From Candidatus Poribacteria bacterium (GTDB lineage: Bacteria > Poribacteria > WGA-4E > WGA-3G): a stretch of 64,000 nucleotides of DNA. The notes beneath the pieces were generated by a model. The model saw nothing but the letters and a program-made list of their open reading frames with translations. It had not been told where the DNA came from and did not search any database. The stretch is taken from the NCBI GenBank assembly GCA_021295715.1, contig JAGWBV010000003.1:203043-267042 (forward strand). The letters run 5' to 3'. Shown here one piece after another: positions 50,525-60,146 of this stretch. The translations under genes and the position numbers were made by a program. How positions within the stretch are numbered: position 1 is the first letter of the stretch; the number at the start of each line of letters is the position of its first letter.

Positions 50525-50677
50525 CTATTTCTTTTGCCTCGTCTCTTTGACCTCAACGGCACCGGGCTTCGTAATATGCCGGATGCCCGCGAAGAAGGCA
50601 GAGAGGACTAAATAACCGCCACCAATACCGATGAGGGCACCCAAACTGCCGATAATTAACTCTATTCCGTTGAACAT
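50525..50677 (-). CDS. Small single-TM protein (50 aa; not in the ORF track)
   Basis: GAGGAG RBS; MFNGIELIIGSLGALIGIGGGYLVLSAFFAGIRHITKPGAVEVKETRQKK. Confidence 0.65.
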   Translation of the reverse strand: MFNGIELIIGSLGALIGIGGGYLVLSAFFAGIRHITKPGAVEVKETRQKK

Positions 50678-51173
50678 TATATGTTCTCCTCAAAATGGTG
50701 TTTTTATAATCGCTCTATATGAACCTGTCGGCGTTTCTCAAATTTTGAGTCTATCGCCTAAATTATTACAGGCAGTTAACGAAAGTATCTATCAATCGGT
50801 TTCAAAATTATTATATTAACCTAAGCAAAATGCGGATTAAACGCTAAATTATATATAAAGTCCCAATTTAACAATTAACAACGAGTTTTAATATTTGACT
50901 TATAAGGCAAATTAAATTTTATGTATAACTTCAAAATGAGCAGGAAACCGATCGGTAAGAGGATAGTGATCAGGTATTAGCAAGAATGATGCCACCGCAG
51001 AAACGCCAATATGAGAGAATACGCCAGCAAAATGTGTGTAATTAAACACAATAGGACAGAGAACTCGTGAAAAATGTGGCAAAATTGAAACACTCCAATA
51101 TGGTATGTTTCAAAGTGAATCTTTTCAAACGAGAAGATAAAACGTGAATTTCGGGAGGATTGTTGGAATGGAT

Positions 51174-51923
51174 TTAGTCAAGCATGGCAAAGATGCTGGG
51201 TGGCACGAGGTGTTCAATGGCTTCGCCCTGCTTTAACAGTTCACGAACCTCTGTTGAGGACATATACGCGTAAACATCGGGAAGTAGAAGGCATGAAACG
51301 TAGGGGGCATATTGGCGGATCTCCGGTTGTTCCATGAAAGATTCAATTGTCTTAATATCTGCCGCTGCTCGGTTCGCAACAATGAAGCGGGCATCTACAA
51401 AGAGTTCTCCCAATTCGGTGTGGAAATCCGTGTAGTATTTCGGGTCAAAGATTCTTACAAGGGTATCGTAGCCAACGATAAAATGGAACTCGGTTCTTGG
51501 TGGTAAAATCGCTTTTAAAGCGGTGACTTTATCAATATACCTACCGTGGCTTGATACACCGACAGAGAATTTTTCTCGGTTCTTCGTGTAACTTTTGAGA
51601 GTCAAGAGCCTTGCGGCAAGCGGTAAGCCAAACACCGTTTTATCCACATTCGCCTTTGCAAGGAGTAGGAGCAGTTCGTCCAACTGGTATTCAACAATTG
51701 TGTCCTCAATCATCTTGGTATGTGCAAGCGTTAGGGGATTGAAGGAACCTGAAAAAATGCCGAGTTTTTTACCGGTTTCAGATATTGATGTTTCTGCACG
51801 GTGCACCAGTTCTATCCGCGGCGATGCTGTTGGATCCAACCGATGAAAGAGTTCGGTGTAGCGTTCATAGTCCGGATGATGTTCACACTTATGTGTCAAC
51901 AGGTCCAATAATGAGTTCGCCAT
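51174..51923 (-). CDS. Nicotinate/nicotinamide-nucleotide adenylyltransferase-like protein
   Basis: GSFNPLTLAH (HxGH-like), VGYDT, SSTEVR motifs. Confidence 0.8.
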   Translation of the reverse strand: MANSLLDLLTHKCEHHPDYERYTELFHRLDPTASPRIELVHRAETSISETGKKLGIFSGSFNPLTLAHTKMIEDTIVEYQLDELLLLLAKANVDKTVFGLPLAARLLTLKSYTKNREKFSVGVSSHGRYIDKVTALKAILPPRTEFHFIVGYDTLVRIFDPKYYTDFHTELGELFVDARFIVANRAAADIKTIESFMEQPEIRQYAPYVSCLLLPDVYAYMSSTEVRELLKQGEAIEHLVPPSIFAMLD

Positions 51924-52007
51924 TCGTCTACCTGGGTTCGTGCTCTGAGAAGCACAAACTAACGGTCTCCTATGCTACAAGGGTGGCAACTTGTGTTAAA
52001 GATAGAA

Positions 52008-52799
52008 TTAATCCGTGTCAATTTCCGCTTTTTTCGCTTCTTCCCAGATTGCATCAAGACTCTCTAAGTCTTGTGCTTCAAAACTGGTGCCGCGACGTTC
52101 TAATTCTGCTTCCATCCATTTAAAGCGTGTCATAAACTTGCGGTTCGCCGCCCGCAGTGTTTCTTCGGCTTGGATCTCCATAAAGCGGCAAAGATTGACA
52201 ACGGCAAAAAACAGATCGCCGAGTTCCATCGAAACTGCTTCCGGTTCATCTGCCTTGATACTTGCCTTGACTTCTTGGAGTTCTTCGTCAACCTTGGCGA
52301 CAACATCGGCAAGTTCATCCCAATCGAAACCGACACGGGCGGCTCGGTTCTGTATTTTCTGAGCGCGGAGCAGTGTGGGAAGCGCGTCCGGAATCCCATC
52401 AAGGACCGATTTCCGATCCTCGTAGCCCGCCTCTTGGCGTTTAATCTCTTCCCAGTTTTTCACAACTTCGTCCGAATCCTCAACGTCGATATCACCAAAG
52501 ACGTGTGGGTGTCGCCGAATGAGTTTCTCTGTGAGTATTTCGATCACGGCGTAGATGTCAAAATCCTTATGTTCTGCTGCGATCTGTGCTTGGAGCATAA
52601 TGTTCAGCAGGAGATCGCCCAATTCCTCTTTCAATTTCTTCGGGTCGCCTGTGTCAATGGCTTCAAGCGTCTCGTAAGTTTCCTCAATGAGTGTGGATTT
52701 CAGCGTTTCATGCGTCTGCTCCCGATCCCACGGACATCCGTTCTCACTTCTTAATGTCGCGATGACCCCCACAAGTTCTTCAAACAATTCCTTTTTCAT
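52008..52799 (-). CDS. mazG: Nucleoside triphosphate pyrophosphohydrolase MazG
   Basis: GCPWDREQT, EETYE, EELGDLL, KLIRRHPHVF, second ELGD, ANRKF motifs. Confidence 0.95.
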   Translation of the reverse strand: MKKELFEELVGVIATLRSENGCPWDREQTHETLKSTLIEETYETLEAIDTGDPKKLKEELGDLLLNIMLQAQIAAEHKDFDIYAVIEILTEKLIRRHPHVFGDIDVEDSDEVVKNWEEIKRQEAGYEDRKSVLDGIPDALPTLLRAQKIQNRAARVGFDWDELADVVAKVDEELQEVKASIKADEPEAVSMELGDLFFAVVNLCRFMEIQAEETLRAANRKFMTRFKWMEAELERRGTSFEAQDLESLDAIWEEAKKAEIDTD

Positions 52800-52809
52800 A
52801 GAATCCTCC

Positions 52810-54090
52810 TTATTTTGTTGCTGTTTTGTTTTGCAAGGCTTTTACATGTTTTTGGACTTCCGCGTAGCGTTTTGCCTTTGGGAAGTGGGTAAGATAGAGT
52901 TTGTAGAGTTGCAACGCACGCGTATAGTTTTTCTGCGCTTCTGCCTCGCGCGCTCGATCTTCTAACGCATCCGCTTTGGCATTCAGCAGTTCACTGAGCA
53001 GTTGCACGGCATGTGCTTCAAAGACGCTGCCAGCATATTTATTGCGGAACGCTTCTAATGTCTTTACTGACGCCGCGTAGGGCTTCTCACCCGCTGCCTT
53101 CTTTAGCCGATTGAATTGTGTTTCGGCTTGGGTACCGAGATATATTGCGGATTCTTCCGCCGTGCGGCACAACTTCGTATCCGGTAAAATCTTTGCAATT
53201 CGGGTATAAAGTGTGAACGCTTCTCCAAGCCTCCCATTTTTTTCAGCGATCTGCGCCTTGTCAAACCCAGATTCAACCTGTTTCATGGGTCCGTAAGCGA
53301 TAAGCCACTCCCGCATTTTCGTTTTTGTCATCCATTGTGGAGAGAGTTTGTGCGTCTCATCTTTCCACTCCTCAAAAGCCACATCTGCACCGGACTCTGT
53401 ATAAAACTGAAAAGCACGTTTTGCGCGTGGATAATGTGGGTCATCCAATTCCCCGACACCATAGAAAAAGGGATGCCCGCGGATGAGTTCCGCCGGTGGT
53501 GGATTCATGTCCACATAGCACCTACCAGCCCCAAGGACGAGATTCCCGGCTAACCGACCTAATAACTGCTCTCCGAGAACGGTTGTTGAGTAGCCACCTT
53601 GACTATAACCGCCCATAAAAATGTAGTCTTGGTCAACGTTCACCCGTGTTGAGATAATTTCTAACGCCTCATCAAAGAAGATTTTCTCCGGTCCGGTTGT
53701 GTTGAAGCGGAGTTTATGGTAGTAAGCGTCAGTCGCGTAATTCATACCGGCAACAATGAATCCTTGCCCCTTCGTCACCTGTTTGAAGGGCCAGGTTGTG
53801 GCTGTTCCGCGGTAGCCGTGATAACAAAAAATAACAGGAAATGGACGTTGGTCGGTGTAATCAATCGGAAGGTAAAGCAGAAATGTCTTTCCTGTTTTTG
53901 GAGCCGTGATACGCACCTCTTTTCCCGCGGACAGCGTAGGGAACTCAGCGGCGAATGCGCTATGGAACAGAAGCAGCAGGAGCGCGTTGCAGCATACAAT
54001 CCTCACGCTGCAGAATAAATTTTTGGAACGTAGACCTCTGATAGCAAATTTCGGAAACCTGCAAGTTGCGCCGAAAAAGTGTATTCTCAT
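52810..54090 (-). CDS. Exported alpha/beta-hydrolase-like protein with a helical C-terminus
   Basis: LYLP.DY...PVIFCYHG, GYSQGG nucleophile elbow. Confidence 0.7.
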   Translation of the reverse strand: MRIHFFGATCRFPKFAIRGLRSKNLFCSVRIVCCNALLLLLFHSAFAAEFPTLSAGKEVRITAPKTGKTFLLYLPIDYTDQRPFPVIFCYHGYRGTATTWPFKQVTKGQGFIVAGMNYATDAYYHKLRFNTTGPEKIFFDEALEIISTRVNVDQDYIFMGGYSQGGYSTTVLGEQLLGRLAGNLVLGAGRCYVDMNPPPAELIRGHPFFYGVGELDDPHYPRAKRAFQFYTESGADVAFEEWKDETHKLSPQWMTKTKMREWLIAYGPMKQVESGFDKAQIAEKNGRLGEAFTLYTRIAKILPDTKLCRTAEESAIYLGTQAETQFNRLKKAAGEKPYAASVKTLEAFRNKYAGSVFEAHAVQLLSELLNAKADALEDRAREAEAQKNYTRALQLYKLYLTHFPKAKRYAEVQKHVKALQNKTATK

Positions 54091-54815
54091 GTGTCTGTTC
54101 CGTTCTCTTGGTCTTGAAGGGTTTCTAATTGAATAATCAGTTGACCGAGTTGCAGTCGCAAGAGCAGCGTATAGATTTGCATCAGGAGCGTAACCTGTGC
54201 TTCTGTTGGTAAATCACTGGCGTGAATTACCGCGAGGAGTCTGTCTGCACGTTGGCGGATTTCTTCGGCTTTCTCTAAGTCGTCGTCTGTTTCGACTGTG
54301 CTCTCTTTGATGAACTGCCAAATGCGATCCTGGATTTCCAGCATATAGTTTTTTGCCATTGCGGTGCGTGCGCGTTTCGCAGAGTCAACCCAAATTGTAT
54401 TTGCTTTCCAATTAAGCATGAAAGCGATACTATTGATGAGCACATCGCGGAGGGTATCCTCGCCAGAAAGGAGTTCCTCAACATTGGTGATTCCCTCTGC
54501 TTCTGCAGAGAATGTCCGCACGCGCGTATACTCTTTCAGGTCTTTCAGCATCAACTCGTTTTCAGCAATGAGATGCCAAAGGTCCGAACTCGTTGAAAGC
54601 AAGGTCTCTACACGGTTGCAAACCGGACCGGGAATTTGTGAGCGGATGCAGTAATAGTGGAGGCTGTGGAGCCGACTTCTGAGGTCTTGCAAACTCTCAG
54701 TCGTCTGGAGTTCCGAAGGGTGCGCGATGGATGGAAGGACATCCTCCCGAATCTGATTCAAAAGTGTAGGGATAGAGCGTTCAGCATTCATGTTGCGGAT
54801 CCCAATAATAGGCAA
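54087..54815 (-). CDS. Hypothetical all-helical protein
   Basis: 242-aa ORF overlapping the next start (ATGA); start uncertain. Confidence 0.65.
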   Translation of the reverse strand: MPIIGIRNMNAERSIPTLLNQIREDVLPSIAHPSELQTTESLQDLRSRLHSLHYYCIRSQIPGPVCNRVETLLSTSSDLWHLIAENELMLKDLKEYTRVRTFSAEAEGITNVEELLSGEDTLRDVLINSIAFMLNWKANTIWVDSAKRARTAMAKNYMLEIQDRIWQFIKESTVETDDDLEKAEEIRQRADRLLAVIHASDLPTEAQVTLLMQIYTLLLRLQLGQLIIQLETLQDQENGTDT

Positions 54816-54875
54816 GCGTTTGTTAGCACAATTTTCTTGTCTAATAGCGTAGCAGGTTTTTCGGGAAAAGTCAAC

Positions 54876-54905
54876 TTGACATTTGTTATCAGGAGGTGTT
54901 ACAAT
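54876..54905 (+). promoter_or_regulatory. sigma70 promoter, with a possible back-to-back -35 for the divergent gene
   Basis: TTGACA-N18-TACAAT with extended TG; GTCAACTTGAC dyad. Confidence 0.65.
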
Positions 54906-54938
54906 GTGGATAAGAAACGCAAGAAACCGAGGACTGCC

Positions 54939-55487
54939 ATGAAACTACTTATCGTCGCAGTTATCAGCATCACTCTTTTTGGGATGTTCGTGGCTGTTGC
55001 CGATGAAAAATCAGAAACAGCACCGCCGAAAGTCGGCGATACAGCACCGGATTGGACGCTCCAAGACGCGGAGGAAAAGGAGCACGCCCTGAAGAAGTTG
55101 CGCGGTAAGGTTGTTTTCCTCATTATGGGCAATCGTAAGATTCGGGAAGAAGACGACAAGTGGGCAGAGGCGTTCCAGAAGGAATACGGAGAAAACGAAC
55201 GGGTTGTCGCCTATATTATTGGTGATTTACGGAGTGTTCCGGGATTCATACCGAAACGATTTATCAGAAGTCAACTGAAGAAAAACCCGCCTGCTGTGAA
55301 ATTCCTACTGGACTGGAAGGGAGAGGTCCACAAACAGTATCAGACGGAAGAAAAGAAACCGACGCTCTATCTCATCTCACAGAAAGGCACGATTGTGTTC
55401 CATCGGAAATCGGATTTCAAAGCAGACACTTATGCTGAACTGAAGAAAGCGATTGACAAACTCTTAGCAACACCCGATGCGAAGTAA
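54939..55487 (+). CDS. Exported redoxin/thioredoxin-fold protein without cysteines
   Basis: Signal peptide; KVGDTAPDWTLQD, LRGKVVFL, LLDWKG, PTLYLI motifs; GAGG RBS. Confidence 0.8.
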   Translation: MKLLIVAVISITLFGMFVAVADEKSETAPPKVGDTAPDWTLQDAEEKEHALKKLRGKVVFLIMGNRKIREEDDKWAEAFQKEYGENERVVAYIIGDLRSVPGFIPKRFIRSQLKKNPPAVKFLLDWKGEVHKQYQTEEKKPTLYLISQKGTIVFHRKSDFKADTYAELKKAIDKLLATPDAK

Positions 55488-55531
55488 CTTTTTGTGTATC
55501 TGCTCCGATCGTCTGATGTCTTCTATGATGG

Positions 55532-56413
55532 ATGGCGGAAACTATGTCTACAAAGCTGAAAAGAGAACCCTATTTGTCCAGCCCAATCTTCCTTCTTGTT
55601 GCCGGTCTACTTCTCGGGGGATTCGGTTTCTTGGCAATTCGCGTGGCGGTAGATGACGGGGTTTTTCAGATTTTAGCGTCTATTCTTTTAACCCTTTGCG
55701 GTTTATCTGCTGCGGTATATGGGTTCATGGGAGTGCTGGAGGGTAAACAAGCTCGGAAACTGACCAGAAGCGACTTACAGGAAATACAGGTACTCTCTCA
55801 GAGCCTCAAGGTGCGTTATCCTACCTACATTTTGAAGGTTCACAAACTAAAAGAGAAACACGATGCACTCCACGAGAAGTTTCCCGAAATCCGAGAGTAT
55901 TCCGAAGAATTCAAACGCCGTATCAAGGCACTTCAAGCCGAATTGGTTGCATTGGAAACCCAGCTTCACGATACTCTACAGAAGCACGCGCCCGTTATAG
56001 ATAGCGATAACGTGGACAGTATCGCGAAAAAGATTCTCTGGTCGGATAAGCAGATTCAGTTGACACAGTTAGATTCGACTTTAAAAACGCTCGCTGAGAC
56101 AGAAAACCCGATGGTCCCGGAGCATTACCGTGGTGTATTGAATCAGATACACCGCGATTTCAAGAGACTTGATGGTGGCGTGACGCTTTATCACGAATTG
56201 CTGACAGCATGTACCAGTGAAACTGTAGCGTTTGATGTTGTTCTTGGATTGAAACAGGAAGTTGAGGAAATTGACACCCTGATCTCACAGCATGAGACCA
56301 AACTACAAAAGTTGGAAACGGACACCCAAACACAATATGAGTTGTCGGAAATGGCACTGTCAATGTTTCAAGAGCGTTTTGAAGCGTTCAAGGCAGATTG
56401 CGAACAATCATGA
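55532..56413 (+). CDS. Hypothetical protein with 2 TM helices and a coiled coil
   Basis: Two N-terminal hydrophobic helices followed by heptad-rich sequence. Confidence 0.7.
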   Translation: MAETMSTKLKREPYLSSPIFLLVAGLLLGGFGFLAIRVAVDDGVFQILASILLTLCGLSAAVYGFMGVLEGKQARKLTRSDLQEIQVLSQSLKVRYPTYILKVHKLKEKHDALHEKFPEIREYSEEFKRRIKALQAELVALETQLHDTLQKHAPVIDSDNVDSIAKKILWSDKQIQLTQLDSTLKTLAETENPMVPEHYRGVLNQIHRDFKRLDGGVTLYHELLTACTSETVAFDVVLGLKQEVEEIDTLISQHETKLQKLETDTQTQYELSEMALSMFQERFEAFKADCEQS

Positions 56414-56419
56414 AAGGGA

Positions 56420-57406
56420 ATGGATATGAAATATCTCGTCACCGGTTGCGCTGGATTTATCGGATGGAAAGTGACAGAATTATTGCTGGAGGCTGGTCAC
56501 ACTGTTGTTGGGATTGATAACTTAAATGCCTCGTACGATACGCAAGTCAAGCAGTGGAGGCTTGAGCAACTCGAAGGCACCCCCAATTTCCACTTTCACC
56601 GTTCAGACATCTGTGATCGGGAAACATTGCAGGCGATATTCAAGAGGGATATCCCTACATTCGATGCGGTGATTAACCTCGCAGCGCGTGCTGGCGTTCG
56701 GCATTCTGTTGAGGATCCATGGGTATACGTGGATACAAACGTGACTGGTACGCTGAATTTACTGGATCTGTGCCGCGAGTTTGAAGTGAAGAAATTTGTG
56801 TTGGCATCAACATCAAGTCTATACGGTTCAAATAACAGTCTTCCGTTCAGTGAGGAAACGAATACAGACGGACCTTTGTCCCCTTATGCTGCATCGAAAA
56901 AAGGTGCCGAGTCGATTTGCCATAGCTATCACCATCTCTACGGCATCGACGTAACAATTTTCCGTTTTTTCACCGTGTATGGGCCCGCTGGCAGACCCGA
57001 TATGAGCGCGTTTCGCTTTGTGCATTGGATTAGCGAGGGGAAACCGGTTACCGTCTATGGCGATGGCAAAGAATCTTCACGGGACTATACCTATCTGGAT
57101 GACATAGCAAGAGGGGTGATTGCGGGGCTGAAACCGCTCAAGTACGAGGTGATTAACCTCGGTTCCGATAGTCCTATTGTGCTGATTGATACGATTCGGT
57201 TGATAGAGGAACTGGTTGGTAGAAAAGCCGAACTCACGCACCAACCGTTTCATCCGGCGGATGCCCGCGCCACGTGGGCAGACATCCGTAAAGCGGAAAA
57301 ACTTTTAGGATGGCGACCGCAAGCCAGTTTCCGTGAAGGAATCACTGCACTTGTAGAGTGGTACCAAGCGAATCGGGAATGGGCAAAACACATCCAGACA
57401 GACTAA
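56420..57406 (+). CDS. NAD-dependent epimerase (UDP-glucuronate 4-epimerase-like)
   Basis: VTGCAGFIG, LAARAGVR, YAASKK, RFFTVYGPAGRPDM motifs. Confidence 0.9.
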   Translation: MDMKYLVTGCAGFIGWKVTELLLEAGHTVVGIDNLNASYDTQVKQWRLEQLEGTPNFHFHRSDICDRETLQAIFKRDIPTFDAVINLAARAGVRHSVEDPWVYVDTNVTGTLNLLDLCREFEVKKFVLASTSSLYGSNNSLPFSEETNTDGPLSPYAASKKGAESICHSYHHLYGIDVTIFRFFTVYGPAGRPDMSAFRFVHWISEGKPVTVYGDGKESSRDYTYLDDIARGVIAGLKPLKYEVINLGSDSPIVLIDTIRLIEELVGRKAELTHQPFHPADARATWADIRKAEKLLGWRPQASFREGITALVEWYQANREWAKHIQTD

Positions 57407-57429
57407 ACAGCAGTTGCATCTGTAAGCCG

Positions 57430-58026
57430 TTATCGCAATAGGGCGACCGCTTTTTTTAATGCTGCTGTGTCTACCTTTATTTTTGCGATCTCTGCTTCGC
57501 GTTGAACATAGGTGAGCGTATGCGTCGCACTCATTGGGGCGGCAATGTCTTGAACGATCTTATGGAGACGTTTCACATCGGCTTTCTTGATGCCGGTCTG
57601 TGCTTCGATGCGGGTATGCAGCGCGGCTGGCGTTTCTGGAGTTTCTGGCTCTTCAACGGGTGCTGCACGTTTGGAAGGTGCTTTACTATTTTTGGTCTTT
57701 GATTTCGCTGTGGTAGAAGTCGCTGTTTTCGCACGGCGGGTTCGTTTCCGAGATGTCCCTTGTTTGGAAGTCTGAATTTTCCCTGTCTCCAGTGATTTGA
57801 CCCCACACTCCTTACACAACTTCGCTGTGATATCAGCCAAAGTCATCGTTACAATTATTTCTGTGATTGCGCCACAGAGCTCGCATTCGTCAAGGTTTTC
57901 GATGCTTGTAAGGATCTCGGCGTGTATTCCGAGCATCTTTTCTTTGTCGGTTTTTGTCTGCTTCTCTTTCTGACAGAGTGCGATGAGTTTCTGTGCTGCT
58001 TTTTCGATTGTGTCTAAATGTCCCAT
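57430..58026 (-). CDS. Hypothetical protein with CxxC..CxxC and a basic low-complexity linker
   Basis: GGGGG RBS before ATG 58026; CELC and CKEC; K/R/S/T/A-rich segment. Confidence 0.7.
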   Translation of the reverse strand: MGHLDTIEKAAQKLIALCQKEKQTKTDKEKMLGIHAEILTSIENLDECELCGAITEIIVTMTLADITAKLCKECGVKSLETGKIQTSKQGTSRKRTRRAKTATSTTAKSKTKNSKAPSKRAAPVEEPETPETPAALHTRIEAQTGIKKADVKRLHKIVQDIAAPMSATHTLTYVQREAEIAKIKVDTAALKKAVALLR

Positions 58027-58180
58027 GTTGTCCCCCAAAGATGTAAGGCACGGTGACCTCAAGGCAAGATATTTTAACAGCAAGTTTTGGCTTGCAAGCT
58101 GCGCCAAAATTTGAACATTACTTGTAGGTGAGATTATTATGTCTCAATGGCATCCGTCACTCCCCTAAAACCGAACGCTA

Positions 58181-58268
58181 AGTTTGCAACAACGGCGCAG
58201 GCATCCCTTAAGAAAGGCACTTCAAAGTTTTAACCTACGTCGTTTAACTACTAAGGTAAAATTAAAAA
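58181..58268 (+). repeat. Degenerate REP-core-tail element; tail overlaps the cimA stop
   Basis: TTTGCAACAACGGCGCAGGC...AAGGTAAAATTAAAA. Confidence 0.65.
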
Positions 58269-59848
58269 GTTTGCGACGCAGCAACGCGGACTTTGTCTAT
58301 ATAGAGTTTATACTCGAAACTATCTATGAGTGCCTCGCAACTTGCGGAAATAATATTCTCTGAAACACCGACGGTACTCCAAATCCTTTCACCATCGCCC
58401 GCTTCAATTAATACCCGAACTTTTGAACCCGTGCCAGCCTTCGTATCCAACACCCGAACTTTATAATCTATGAGTCGAACCGTCTGGAGGGCAGGATAAA
58501 ACTGCTCAAGTGCCTTTCGGAGTGCGGTGTCAAGGGCATTGACGGGACCATCTCCATCAGCGGCAGTGTGTGCGGTAAGCCCGTCTGGGGTTGTGACTTT
58601 TATAGTCGCTTCGGAACGCATCGCGAAGTCGCTGAACTGTTCGATAATCACGCGGAAACCGACAGGTTCAAAGAAGGCTTTGTACGCATTGAAAACCTTA
58701 TGCGTCAAGAGTTCAAACGAGGCTTCGGCGGCTTCGTATTGGTAGCCTTCCTGTTCCGCTGCTTTGAGGCGTTTGAAGAGTTCCAGTACCTGCGGTGAAT
58801 CCTTGTCGTAATCCGGGTACTCCCTCTCGATTTTCTTCATAATAGTGCCGCGTCCGGCTTGATCGGAAACCAGAATTCGTTGTGTATTGCCGACTGTTTC
58901 CGGTACGACATGTTCATAAGTGAGACGGTTTTTACGGATGGCATCGGTATGTAAACCGCCTTTATGCGCAAAGGCGGAACGTCCAACGTAGGGTTGACGT
59001 TCGTCATGCGGGAGGTTCGCCAATTCACTGATGAGTCGGGAGACGCGTGTTAACGCCTGCAACTGCGTATCACTGAGGGACTTTATTCCGAGTTTGAGTT
59101 GAATTGTAGGGATAATGGCGGCGAGATTCGCGTTTCCGCACCGTTCACCGTAGCCGTTGAAAGTGCCTTGTATATGGGTTGCGCCTGCCTGCACGGCGAG
59201 CACTGAGTTCGCGGCACCCATTCCTGCGTCGTTGTGGGTATGGATACCGACAGGCAATGACAGATCGGAGAGGACGACTTCAACACCTTCCTGAATTTCT
59301 AAGGGCAATCTGCCGCCATTCGTATCACAGAGGACGAGGCAATTCGCGCCACCAGCGGCAGCGGCTCGTAGCGTTTCCATCGCATATTCAGCATCGTCGG
59401 CGTAACCATCGAAAAAATGCTCGGCATCATAGATGACCTCACGACCATTTTCCACGAGATAACGGACAGAACTCTCAATTAATTCTAAGTTCTCCTCAGC
59501 TGTGACGCGTAGGACATCAGTCGCATGAAGTCGCCAACTTTTTCCAAAGATCGTTACAATTCTTGCCCCTGTATCCAGCAAAGCGGTTAGATTTGGATCG
59601 GCATCGGCGGTATAGGTGGGATAGCGCGTGCTACCGAACGGCACGATGGTTGCCGTTTCGAGCGCCATGCCTTTTGCCCGCTTGAAAAATTCTATGTCTT
59701 TTGGATTGGAGCCGGGATAGCCGCCCTCAATATAGCGAATGCCTAACTTATCCAATGCCTCTATGATGATGAGTTTATCTTCAACAGAAAACGCCACGCC
59801 TTCTGCTTGGCTACCATCCCTGAGTGTCGTATCGTAAAATTCAACCAT
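58262..59848 (-). CDS. cimA: Citramalate synthase (LeuA-family type)
   Basis: DTTLRDGSQAEG, GSNPKD, IFGKSW, DAEHFFDG, GYGERCGNA, AFAHKGGLH, YEAAEASFEL motifs. Confidence 0.9.
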   Translation of the reverse strand: MVEFYDTTLRDGSQAEGVAFSVEDKLIIIEALDKLGIRYIEGGYPGSNPKDIEFFKRAKGMALETATIVPFGSTRYPTYTADADPNLTALLDTGARIVTIFGKSWRLHATDVLRVTAEENLELIESSVRYLVENGREVIYDAEHFFDGYADDAEYAMETLRAAAAGGANCLVLCDTNGGRLPLEIQEGVEVVLSDLSLPVGIHTHNDAGMGAANSVLAVQAGATHIQGTFNGYGERCGNANLAAIIPTIQLKLGIKSLSDTQLQALTRVSRLISELANLPHDERQPYVGRSAFAHKGGLHTDAIRKNRLTYEHVVPETVGNTQRILVSDQAGRGTIMKKIEREYPDYDKDSPQVLELFKRLKAAEQEGYQYEAAEASFELLTHKVFNAYKAFFEPVGFRVIIEQFSDFAMRSEATIKVTTPDGLTAHTAADGDGPVNALDTALRKALEQFYPALQTVRLIDYKVRVLDTKAGTGSKVRVLIEAGDGERIWSTVGVSENIISASCEALIDSFEYKLYIDKVRVAASQTF

Positions 59849-60146
59849 GTTATTTTCACAGCAAGTTTTGGCTTCCGCTTTTGAATATACGCTTACAAGC
59901 TTCGCCCTACAACGCCAAAATTTAGCGTCTCCTTTTATTATTTTTATGTCGTAATTTCTGCTAATTTACCTTATGATATTTTAACACATCTCAGAGCAAA
60001 AGTCAAATTTTGTCTGTGTTTTACGGAGTGCTGATGGGAAAGTAAAAGCCTTGTGCTGCGTCCATTCTGAACCCCTGAAATCAGCATATATAGTTATAAT
60101 CCGTTTGTATTTTGATAATTCACTCAAATGTGGTACTATAAAAAGT

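Noticed and set aside
54657..54938. Long N-terminal extensions in the ORF track (also 13201-13281, 35780-35863, 40199-40270, 58027-58107, 60051-60146)
   Set aside because: Better starts with an RBS, signal peptide or paralog alignment lie downstream; the extensions overlap promoters or neighbouring genes
4647..58268. CRISPR array interpretation of the constant-flank/38-nt-core units
   Set aside because: Units are dispersed singletons, the cores are related to each other, and there are no cas genes in the window
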